Shown here: positions 51,339 through 64,000 of the stretch, one piece after another
How positions within the stretch are numbered: position 1 is the stretch's first letter
How the letters are laid out: each line of letters opens with the position of its first letter
Assembly: GCA_963835065.1 (NCBI GenBank)
Contig: CAWIEK010000037.1
Span: forward strand, 187,946 to 251,945
Direction of reading: 5' to 3'
From: an uncultured Chthonomonadaceae bacterium
Lineage (GTDB): Bacteria; Armatimonadota; Chthonomonadetes; Chthonomonadales; Chthonomonadaceae
DNA length: 64,000 bases
The notes under the pieces: model-generated
The model's input: the letters and a program-made list of their open reading frames with translations, nothing else
Told to the model about the DNA's origin: nothing
Databases searched by the model: none
Translations under genes and position numbers: made by a program

Positions 51339-52433
51339 TTGCGGGGTTGCCTGTTGTCAACAGACCGGAAATCGCCTTCAGCGCCGTCATCGCGCTCATC
51401 TCACCCGACCATTGCGACAATAGCCGCGCATATCGGGCTGTCCCGGGCGACTGTGACGCATGTTTTGAATGGTAAAGCGGCGGAATTGCGCATTCGGCCC
51501 GACACGCAACGCCGGGTTCTGGAAGTCGCCCAGGAACTGGGGTATCGCGCGAACGCCTCTGCGCGCGCCATTCGGGAGGGCCGTTTTGGAAATATCGCCC
51601 TGATCCAGTCAACGTGCGGACAGTATCTTCCCAATGAACTGCTCAATGGGTTGACTCGAGCCATTGCGGACAAAGATTTGCATCTGGCGCTGACGCAGGT
51701 ACATGAGCATGTCCTGGATGAGGTGTCCTACCTTCCCCATACCATGCGCGACCTGTCCGTTGATGGCGTTTTAATTAACCGTCATCTGGGATCCACGCTG
51801 CCCTATCTGGAACGAATTCACCGTCTGCGCATACCCGCCGTATTTCTGAATGTGCAGCAAGAGTTTGATTGCGTCCATCCAGATGATCTTATGGGCGGGC
51901 GGATGGCGACGGAGTTTCTGCTCCATCTTGGGCACCGGCGCATCGCCTATGTGGATACGGACGAACCGGGAAATCACCATTATAGCAAGTCAGACCGGCG
52001 CCTGGGCTATGAACAAGCAATGACATCGGCGGGGAAAAATCCGAGGGTCTGGCTTCTCCCGAAAGATTGGCAGGCAGCCGGAAAGGCGGGCATGGATCAA
52101 CGTGTCGAATCGGCGCGACTGTTGCTGGCGTGTGACGACCGGCCTACCGCAGTGGTCGCATACGAACTCGTGGAGGCGATGGCTGTGATTCGCGCCGCAT
52201 CTGTGCTGCGTTTACAAATTCCCGAAGACCTCTCTCTGATTCAGTTTCATCACGGGATTGATGACCGTTTTTTCGTACCGATTCAGACTGTAAGCAACGC
52301 TATGGAACAGGTAGGCATATCCGCCGTGGATATGTTGCTTGAGAAAATCGAAAACCCCGAGACGCCTTTGCCGGAGAGAAGCATTCCGGTGACCATGCTG
52401 GAAGGGGCGACCTGCATGTCTCCTCGTACCTGA
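51339..52433 (+). CDS. LacI family transcriptional regulator
   Basis: TIATIAAHIGLSRATVTHVLNG, LGYRAN, LGHRRIAY, IPEDLSLI. Start uncertain. Confidence 0.93.
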   Translation: MRGCLLSTDRKSPSAPSSRSSHPTIATIAAHIGLSRATVTHVLNGKAAELRIRPDTQRRVLEVAQELGYRANASARAIREGRFGNIALIQSTCGQYLPNELLNGLTRAIADKDLHLALTQVHEHVLDEVSYLPHTMRDLSVDGVLINRHLGSTLPYLERIHRLRIPAVFLNVQQEFDCVHPDDLMGGRMATEFLLHLGHRRIAYVDTDEPGNHHYSKSDRRLGYEQAMTSAGKNPRVWLLPKDWQAAGKAGMDQRVESARLLLACDDRPTAVVAYELVEAMAVIRAASVLRLQIPEDLSLIQFHHGIDDRFFVPIQTVSNAMEQVGISAVDMLLEKIENPETPLPERSIPVTMLEGATCMSPRT

Positions 52434-54515
<2,082 letters not shown>

Positions 54516-54716
54516 GAATCTATCCCAATTGGCCGGGTATTGAAAATACCCGGCAGGAAAGTACAAGCGTCCTGCGGACGCGAAGCTCAGTCCTCTTGGG
54601 ATAGGCTCTAACGGATGCGGTAGCACACAGCACAAACACGCTATGATTGCCGCAAACCTGGCAACGCTTCTAAATCCTGTGACAAACAAATTTAACCTGT
54701 TGAGTTGAGATGAAAT

Positions 54717-57305
54717 ATGACAACATTGCGACCCGCAGCCGCGTATACGGCGCTTCTAGCAGCCTTGTGTGTCCTGCCGATGCAGGCATTGCGAGCAGAC
54801 GTGAAGGCGACGCTGGACATTGATATGGGCAAGAAAGGTCCGGCGATACCGCCCACCTTCGGCGGCCTCATGACCGAGGAGATCAACCACAGCTACGACG
54901 GCGGACTCTTTGCCGAGTTGATTCAGAACCGTACATTTCAGGATCCGCCTCCCCGTCGCCAGCAGGCGCAGCAGCAGGATTTGCCCGTCCACTGGTCGCT
55001 GATCGGCGATGGCAAGGCGAGCATGGATCGCAATGATCCGGTGAACAGCGCCCTGCCTGTCAGCCTGCGTCTTGACCTTTCGGGCGGCTCGGCGGGTGTG
55101 GCGAACGACGGCTACTGGGGTATTCCCCTTCGGCCCAACACGAAATACACTGCCAGTTTCTACGCTAAAAGCGGACATGGCTTTACGGGTTCAGTAACGG
55201 CAACACTCTACACGGATGATGTTGGCGCTGTCAGCAGTTTGAAAGGCGAAGCAAACCTGGATATGCAGACCTTGTTCCACGACGGCAACGTCGCCGTTGC
55301 CAGAGCGTACACGAAACCGATCTCTGGCGCGTGGGAGAAATATACCGTCACGCTCACGACCGGCCACGATGCGCCGACAACCGCGAAAGCCCACTTCGTC
55401 CTTTCCGCAACGGGAACCGGCAGTGTATCCTTCAGCCTTGTCTCGCTCTTTCCGCCGACGTACAAAAACACGCCCGGCGGACTGCGTCCAGACTTGATGA
55501 AGTTGATGGCCGACCTGCATCCGGCCTTTATCCGCCTGCCCGGCGGCAACTATGTGGAAGGCAGCACGTTCCCGACCCGGTTCAACTGGAAACAGATGAT
55601 CGGCCCCGCCGAACTGCGTCCCGGTCACATGGGCTGCTGGGGATACCGTTCCTCCGATGGATTCGGGATGCCGGAATACCTTCTGTGGTGTAAGCAACTT
55701 AAAGCGGAACCGATTCTGGCCGTTTTTGCAGGCTATGTTTTGAACGGGAACCATGTCGAGGCGGGCAGCCCGGAGATGGAGCAGTATACTCAGGAGGCGC
55801 TGGAGGAGATCGAATATGTCAGTGGGCCGGCGACGAGCAAATGGGGGAAACAACGCGCCGCGGACGGCTTGCCTGAGCCATTCACTCTGCGCTATGTCGA
55901 AATCGGCAATGAAGACTGGTTCGACAGGTCTGGCAGTTACGACGGCCGGTTCACGCAGATGGCGAAAGCGATCCGCGCGAAATATCCCAACCTCAAGATC
56001 ATCGCGACCGCTCCAGTCAAGAGTTTCAAGCCCGATATGGTTGACGACCACTTCTATCGCAGCGCGCGCCAACTGATGACGTTGGGCCGTCAGTACGATC
56101 CGCCAACGGGCGAGGCGAAACCGCTGCGGTTTAACGGCGGCGGCTGGAACGGACGGCAGCCGGACGGTATCCAGACATTTGTGGGCGAGTGGGCCACGCA
56201 GGAGGGACGTCCCACCCCGAACCTGAATGCCGCGCTTGCCGATGCCGCGTTCATTATGGAACTGGAACAGAATGCGGATGCCATTCCCATCGAGTGCTAC
56301 GCGCCCCTGCTGGTCAACGTGAATCCCGGGGCATCGCAGTGGGGAACCAACCTGATTGGCTATGACGCGCTTAACAGTTTCGGCTCACCAAGCTACTATG
56401 CTCAGTCTATGCTTGCCAAAAATCGCGGCGAGATCGCTTTATCGTCCGGCCTCAAAGTGGAGCCGTTTCAGCCAAAGCCGGAACCCGCGCCACACGGCGG
56501 TATCGGAGTCGGAACATGGCATACGCAGGTGGAGTACACCGACATTAAGGTGACGGCCCCGGACGGCCATTCGCTCCTGACGGTTGCCCCCACGGCAAAC
56601 CTCGCCGGCTGGCAGACTACGGGCGGCAGATGGGATGGGCGGAATAATACGATCCTGCCTGTCAACGGCGATTCCAAATCGTGGGCTACGACAGGCGATG
56701 CAAACTGGACCGACTATACCATCCAACTCCGGGCGCGCAAACAGGGAGGCCGCGAGGGATTCATCGTTCTCTTCCATGCGAAAGACAGCAACAACTACCG
56801 CTGGTGGAATGTTGGGGGTTGGGGGAACACGCTGGCGCGCTTTGAAGCCGCAGGTAACGGGGATCGCGTGCCTTATGGCGAGGGCGTTCCGTTTATGGTC
56901 GAAACGGGTCGTTGGTATGACCTCAAACTGGAAGTTAAGGGCTATCATATTCGCGGCTTCGTGGACGGCAAACTTGTGTCGGACACGAACGAGGCTCCCG
57001 CTTTCACTCCGCTTCCTGTCATCACCTCGGCTACATACACTGCTTCCAGCCATACCGTCTTCGTCAAAGTTGTCAACCCCGGCAGCGATCCGGTAGACAT
57101 GGATATTCGCCTGAGCGGTGTCGGAAAAGTCGAGCCGAAGGGCACAGCCATCGTTCTTGCGGGGGATTCGGGCGCGGTGAATACCGTCGAACATCCGATG
57201 AACATTGCGCCGAAGCAGGAAGCGATCACAAACGCCTCGATGTCGTTTCGCAGAACGTTCCTGCCTCACTCGTTCACGCTCCTGCGGCTCACCACCAAAC
57301 CGTAA
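54717..57305 (+). CDS. Secreted GH51 alpha-L-arabinofuranosidase with an inserted lectin-like module
   Basis: EEINHSYDGGLFAELIQNR, RLPGGNYVEG, VEIGNED, VGEWA, YAPLLVN; WTDYT...WWNVGGWGN insert. Confidence 0.92.
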   Translation: MTTLRPAAAYTALLAALCVLPMQALRADVKATLDIDMGKKGPAIPPTFGGLMTEEINHSYDGGLFAELIQNRTFQDPPPRRQQAQQQDLPVHWSLIGDGKASMDRNDPVNSALPVSLRLDLSGGSAGVANDGYWGIPLRPNTKYTASFYAKSGHGFTGSVTATLYTDDVGAVSSLKGEANLDMQTLFHDGNVAVARAYTKPISGAWEKYTVTLTTGHDAPTTAKAHFVLSATGTGSVSFSLVSLFPPTYKNTPGGLRPDLMKLMADLHPAFIRLPGGNYVEGSTFPTRFNWKQMIGPAELRPGHMGCWGYRSSDGFGMPEYLLWCKQLKAEPILAVFAGYVLNGNHVEAGSPEMEQYTQEALEEIEYVSGPATSKWGKQRAADGLPEPFTLRYVEIGNEDWFDRSGSYDGRFTQMAKAIRAKYPNLKIIATAPVKSFKPDMVDDHFYRSARQLMTLGRQYDPPTGEAKPLRFNGGGWNGRQPDGIQTFVGEWATQEGRPTPNLNAALADAAFIMELEQNADAIPIECYAPLLVNVNPGASQWGTNLIGYDALNSFGSPSYYAQSMLAKNRGEIALSSGLKVEPFQPKPEPAPHGGIGVGTWHTQVEYTDIKVTAPDGHSLLTVAPTANLAGWQTTGGRWDGRNNTILPVNGDSKSWATTGDANWTDYTIQLRARKQGGREGFIVLFHAKDSNNYRWWNVGGWGNTLARFEAAGNGDRVPYGEGVPFMVETGRWYDLKLEVKGYHIRGFVDGKLVSDTNEAPAFTPLPVITSATYTASSHTVFVKVVNPGSDPVDMDIRLSGVGKVEPKGTAIVLAGDSGAVNTVEHPMNIAPKQEAITNASMSFRRTFLPHSFTLLRLTTKP

Positions 57306-57372
57306 CGTTCATCGCGCTTCGGCACGGGTATTGGAGGATTGGGTTCCTGCAATCAGGAGAATGTAGAAACCG

Positions 57373-59067
57373 ATGGATGCTAAGATTATTGTACAGATTG
57401 GCCGCCTGCTATTGCTGTTCCTCAGCGCCGCAGCTATGTTCGGCGTTCTGCCCGCACATGCCGCGGCGCCTGATGATTCCGCGCAAAACCCTATTATCTG
57501 GGCGGATGTGCCGGACCCTTCCATAATCCGCGTCGGCAATACCTATTATATGAGCAGCACCACCATGCACATAAATCCGGGGCTTCCCATTATGAAGTCT
57601 CGTGACCTCGTGAACTGGCAGTTGGTAAACTACGCTTATGACACGCTCAGTGATACGGATGAGCTGGCTCTGCGGAACGGCAAAAACAACTATGGACGGG
57701 GTTCTTGGGCGAGCAGCCTGAGATATCATGATGGCGTCTACTACGTAACGACCTTCAGCAGTGTCACCCATAAGACATACATTTTCAAAACCAAAGACAT
57801 CGAAAAGGGGACGTGGACCCTATCCTCATTCGAGCCTGCGCTGCACGACCATTCGCTGTTCTTCGACGACGATGGCCGTGTCTACATGGCGACCGGCAGC
57901 GGCAATATCCGTCTGGTTGAACTCACGTCGGATGCGTCAGGGGTCAAACCTGACGGCGTGAATCAAGTCATCATTCCGAATGCCAGCCTTGTGGCAAGCC
58001 CAAACGTCGGCCTCCCGGCGGAAGGTTCGCAGCTCTTTAAGATCAATGGGAAATACTACCTCTTCTGCATCACCTGGCCGAGAAGGGGAATGCGTACCGA
58101 ACTTGTCTTTCGGGCGGACAAAATTACGGGACCTTATGAGGGGAGGGTCGCCCTGAGCGATCAAGGCGTGGCTCAAGGGGGACTCATCAACACGCCGGAC
58201 GGCAAATGGTATGCCTATCTCTTTCAGGATCACGGAGCGGTTGGTCGCACTCCCTTTCTTGTGCCTGTGAAGTGGGAAGACGGCTGGCCTGTGCTCGGCA
58301 CAGACGGCAAAGCGCCGTCCACGCTGGACATTCCCGCCGGTAAGGACACGATTGGGGGCATTACAGCCTCCGATGAATTCGACCGGTCGCCACGACTGCT
58401 GGCAGATCTGAAAAAGTCGCCTCGTGGCGAAAACGATACTCTGCGCGCCGCATTTCCGCTTGCCTGGCAATGGAATCACAACCCGGACAACCGCTTCTGG
58501 TCTCTAACGGACCGTCCGGGATGGCTGCGTTTGACAACAGGACGTGTGGCCGCTACGCTGATGGAAGCGAGAAACACGCTGACCCAACGGATGTTCGGCC
58601 CACGCTGTTCCGGGATTATTTCCCTGGATATAAGCGGCATGAAAGACGGCGATGTCGCCGGTCTTGCCGCCTTCCAGAAGAACTACGGCTACGTTGCTGT
58701 CAAGGCAGTGGGGAACTTAAAATCTATCGTAATGGTAAGCGCCGAATCGGGATCAGGGGTAGAGTTGGCTGCTGTTCCGCTGGAGCAGAAGACTGTATTT
58801 CTTAAGGTGCAGGCTGATTTTGAAAATAGAACCGACAGGGCCTCCTTCTATTATAGCCTGGATGGCGCGAACTGGAATGCGATTGGCGGTTCTCTAAAGA
58901 TGGCCTACACGCTTCCCCATTTCATGGGTTATCGCTTTGCCCTGTTCAACTTTGCGACAAAGTTTACAGGTGGGGCCGTAGATTTCGACTATTTCCACGT
59001 GACGACGGCGCGGGTGCGAACATATGAGCCATCCGAGCCGCAAGCCCGGCAGGGAAAACGCCTTTGA
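57373..59067 (+). CDS. GH43 beta-xylosidase/arabinosidase-like protein
   Basis: NPIIWADVPDPSIIRVG, WASSLRYH, HDHSLFFDDDG, AEGSQ, WQWNHNP. Confidence 0.93.
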   Translation: MDAKIIVQIGRLLLLFLSAAAMFGVLPAHAAAPDDSAQNPIIWADVPDPSIIRVGNTYYMSSTTMHINPGLPIMKSRDLVNWQLVNYAYDTLSDTDELALRNGKNNYGRGSWASSLRYHDGVYYVTTFSSVTHKTYIFKTKDIEKGTWTLSSFEPALHDHSLFFDDDGRVYMATGSGNIRLVELTSDASGVKPDGVNQVIIPNASLVASPNVGLPAEGSQLFKINGKYYLFCITWPRRGMRTELVFRADKITGPYEGRVALSDQGVAQGGLINTPDGKWYAYLFQDHGAVGRTPFLVPVKWEDGWPVLGTDGKAPSTLDIPAGKDTIGGITASDEFDRSPRLLADLKKSPRGENDTLRAAFPLAWQWNHNPDNRFWSLTDRPGWLRLTTGRVAATLMEARNTLTQRMFGPRCSGIISLDISGMKDGDVAGLAAFQKNYGYVAVKAVGNLKSIVMVSAESGSGVELAAVPLEQKTVFLKVQADFENRTDRASFYYSLDGANWNAIGGSLKMAYTLPHFMGYRFALFNFATKFTGGAVDFDYFHVTTARVRTYEPSEPQARQGKRL

Positions 59068-59075
59068 GGAGACAG

Positions 59076-61289
<2,214 letters not shown>

Positions 61290-61291
<2 letters not shown>

Positions 61292-61355
61292 CATGTAGAG
61301 GTTCGCTCAGGAACCGGGAATTACCGCCCGGTTCATGAGCGAACCTCTACATGTT
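61290..61355. repeat. Long REP-like palindrome between convergent genes
   Basis: aacatgtagaggttcgctcaggaaccggg...cccggttcatgagcgaacctctacatgtt. Confidence 0.8.
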
Positions 61356-61371
61356 GCCACAGCCTCAAACA

Positions 61372-62016
61372 CTATCCGTTCTGCGCAACAAATTGCCGAA
61401 GCGAATCGCGCCACTCTTCAGGCAGAGCCTCAACCTGCATAGCGCGTCGCATCAACGCGACATCCTCTGTTTCGCCGCGCTGCCATCGGTTCAAATCCGC
61501 AATTCGCACGTGATGCGATTCTCGCTCGATAATGTTAATGGCATCTCCTCGTCCCACATCTCCTTCCTGTCGTACTGCCAGATAAAAGCCGCTATAGCCG
61601 CTTTCCAGGAAATGCCGGACAATATCGGTTCGCCCGAACTTTGCCGCCAACTTGTAGCAGGGCTGGCGCGGCTGCGTGACGACAAGTTCCGTTATCCCAA
61701 TTTGAAGCAGGTCGCCGATATGAATGCTCTCCTCCGTCAGTCCCTCAATGGTCAGGTTCTCCCCAAAAGCCCCCGGCGGCAAGTCGGTTTCTCCCAAAAA
61801 TTCGCGCCAGAAGTCGTAATGCTCCATGGGATAGGCGTAGACGGCCTTATCCGGGCCGCCATGTACCGTCAGGTCCGCTTGTCGGTCCCCCTCCAGATTC
61901 AGGCGATTTACCCGGCAAGGACCTTCGACCGGCGCTTTGAAGATGCCTGTCTCCACCGTTCGGCCTTTCCAGCGGATGGTTTGCGGCAGTCCCACATTCA
62001 CGGAAACGATATGCAT
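61372..62016 (-). CDS. MOSC domain protein (YiiM-like)
   Basis: TGIFK, GDRQADLTVHGGPDKAV, FGENLT, QPRQPCYKL. Confidence 0.93.
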   Translation of the reverse strand: MHIVSVNVGLPQTIRWKGRTVETGIFKAPVEGPCRVNRLNLEGDRQADLTVHGGPDKAVYAYPMEHYDFWREFLGETDLPPGAFGENLTIEGLTEESIHIGDLLQIGITELVVTQPRQPCYKLAAKFGRTDIVRHFLESGYSGFYLAVRQEGDVGRGDAINIIERESHHVRIADLNRWQRGETEDVALMRRAMQVEALPEEWRDSLRQFVAQNG

Positions 62017-62112
62017 CTGCTTCTCCTACCTCCTGTGAGGTCGTATCGAACATAGGGTTGTAGTCGTATTCAGCCGCCAGGCGCGCTATCCAAACTTTTT
62101 GCTCGGCTCCCG

Positions 62113-64000
62113 TTACAACAGCGATTCAGAAGACCCTTCTGATACGATGTCTGAAATCGCCGCCTTCCAGCTCAGGGCGCGACCTGACTGCCACGCGGCA
62201 TTGAAAGCGTTCTCGCCTAATATCAAGCGGCAACGCTCCAACTGCCGCTCATAAAACTCCCGCGCGTTGCCGAGGAGCGGAGAACGAATCGTTTCGCGCA
62301 ACTGGGCCGCCATTCCCCACAACTGCGCGGCTGACGCCGTTTTTGCCTGCGCCAGTCTCACCGCGGCCAACCCTTCCAGGCTTTCCGCGACACCTCGCCT
62401 GTCCCCCAACTCTCTTAACAAGATCAGACCTTCCTCATGCAGTAAACGAGACTTTCCATAGTTACCCTGTTCAAACGCGACTTGGCCCATGCCATTGAGA
62501 GACCAGCCGGCCCCCTGGCGATTGTTCAGTTCTCGATAGATCGTCAGGCTCTCCTCATACCAGGCGCGGGCCTGCTCATAGTCGCCCTGTTCTCGGACAA
62601 GCCGCCCCAGATGGTGCAGCAGCGAGGCGGTTCCCTGCCGATTGCCCAGATCCCGGAAGATCGACAGGCTTTCCTCATATAACGCCTGAGCCTGCCCATT
62701 GTTGCCCCGCGCCACGGCCACATCGCCCAGTTCGATGAGCGCCCAGGCACCGCCCTGCCGATTGCCTAACTCCTGAAAAAGCGCGCGACATTCTTCCTGC
62801 AGCGACCAGGCCGTCAGGTGGTCGCCCTGCGCGGCGGCCACGTTGCCCAAATGATGGAGCGACCAGGCGACGTTCTGCTGATTGCTGAGTTCTCGGGAAA
62901 TCGTTAAGCCTTCCTCATACCAGACGCGGGCCTGCTCATAGTCGCCCTGTTCTCGGACAAGCCGCCCCAGATGGTGCAGCAGCGAGGCGGTTCCCTGCCG
63001 ATTGCCCAGCTCCCGGAAAATCGCCAGGCTTTCCTCATACAAGGCGCGGGCGATGTCGTGATTCCCCTGCGCCGCGGCCACGTCTGCCAGGCCATTGAGC
63101 GCCCAGGCAGCGCCTTGCCGATTACCTAATTCCCGAAAGATCGCCAGGCTCTCTTCCTGTAAAGCCTGAGCGGACACATGATCACCCTGATAATAACCCA
63201 GCACCCCGGCCCCATTCAGCGCCCTGGCCCGCTCATTTGTTCGCTCATCCGCTCCGTTACGTAAGAGCGCTTCAGAAAGGTAGGCTCGTCCTTCGCTGTA
63301 ATGTCCATGCATCTCCCAAAATCGGTAAAGCGCTCCTGCCAGTTGCAGCCCTGCCTTTGCGCCTTTCTCCTCCTCCCGGCACCATGCCAGCGCAGCCTCC
63401 AAATTAGCGTGGTCTGCTTCCAAACGCGCCAGCCACACTCCCTGGTTCGCCCCCGTCAACTCCGGCTCGACTGCTTCCGCCAGAGCCAGAAAATAGTCCC
63501 GATGCTGTGTTTTCACCCATCCCATCTCAGAGTTTGCAGCCAGTTTCTCGGCCCCGTACTGTCGTACCATCTCCAGCAAACGATACCGTCTGCCTTCTTC
63601 GCGCTCCTGTTCCGTAAATACGACAAGCGATTTGTCGAGCAGAGAGGCAAGCAGATCAAGAACCTGCCAGGGTTCGATAAACATTCCGCTGCACACTTGC
63701 TCTGCCGCTTGCAGTGTCCAGCCGCCTGCAAACACGGATAGTCGCCCCAACAGCATCTTTTCCGATTCGTTTAACAGGGCATACGACCAGTCCAATGTCG
63801 CCCGCAGGGTCTGTTGCCGTGTTTGTGACGCGCGATCCCCGATAGTCAACAGGTTCAAGTAATTGTCCAGACGGGCGGTGACCTGCTCGACGGTCAGTGT
63901 CTTAATCCGCGCAGCCGCCAGTTCCAGGGCGAGCGGCGTACCTTCCAGGCGAGCGCATATTTGCGCCACGAATTGCGCATTCTCGCTTGTCAGAGCAAAG
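62113..64000 (-). CDS. NB-ARC-like ATPase/TPR regulator, 5' part outside the window
   Basis: ICARLEGTPLALELAAAR, RQQTLRATLDWSY, RLSVFAGGW; 40-aa TPR repeats. Confidence 0.9.
   Translation of the reverse strand, partial: FALTSENAQFVAQICARLEGTPLALELAAARIKTLTVEQVTARLDNYLNLLTIGDRASQTRQQTLRATLDWSYALLNESEKMLLGRLSVFAGGWTLQAAEQVCSGMFIEPWQVLDLLASLLDKSLVVFTEQEREEGRRYRLLEMVRQYGAEKLAANSEMGWVKTQHRDYFLALAEAVEPELTGANQGVWLARLEADHANLEAALAWCREEEKGAKAGLQLAGALYRFWEMHGHYSEGRAYLSEALLRNGADERTNERARALNGAGVLGYYQGDHVSAQALQEESLAIFRELGNRQGAAWALNGLADVAAAQGNHDIARALYEESLAIFRELGNRQGTASLLHHLGRLVREQGDYEQARVWYEEGLTISRELSNQQNVAWSLHHLGNVAAAQGDHLTAWSLQEECRALFQELGNRQGGAWALIELGDVAVARGNNGQAQALYEESLSIFRDLGNRQGTASLLHHLGRLVREQGDYEQARAWYEESLTIYRELNNRQGAGWSLNGMGQVAFEQGNYGKSRLLHEEGLILLRELGDRRGVAESLEGLAAVRLAQAKTASAAQLWGMAAQLRETIRSPLLGNAREFYERQLERCRLILGENAFNAAWQSGRALSWKAAISDIVSEGSSESLL

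Overview
A 64-kb bacterial chromosomal window. It is GC-rich, and the gene repertoire (several Uma2 genes, a prepilin/DUF1559 gene, secreted beta-helix proteins, many heptamer/nonamer repeats) suggests Armatimonadota; that assignment is inference. The window holds housekeeping genes (yajQ, a ParB-family gene, rplY) and a dispersed arginine pathway: argH lies on the minus strand, while argC-J-B-D-F-G lie on the plus strand, alternating with unrelated genes. Also present are a BsuBI/PstI-type R-M pair, a Septu/PtuAB-like ATPase+HNH pair, an HD-GYP/GGDEF + subtilase + PilZ module, and an arabinoxylan-utilisation cluster (LacI, CE1-like esterases, GH51, GH43). Signals not shown by the ORF track: (1) an Arg-codon leader peptide with antiterminator/terminator geometry ahead of argC, a candidate arginine-sensing ribosomal attenuator; (2) two defence cassettes, each followed by an orphan, diverged copy of a host gene's 3' end (hyi-like, argG); (3) a subtilase with six RAIWG repeats between a membrane c-di-GMP enzyme and a PilZ receptor; (4) palindromic repeat elements inserted in frame in genes; (5) two candidate ECF-promoter sRNAs, an orphan Rpn C-terminal module and a missed small lipoprotein. 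About ten genes carry small frameshifts that are probably sequencing indels. No tRNA, rRNA, CRISPR array, integrase or intact transposase was seen.
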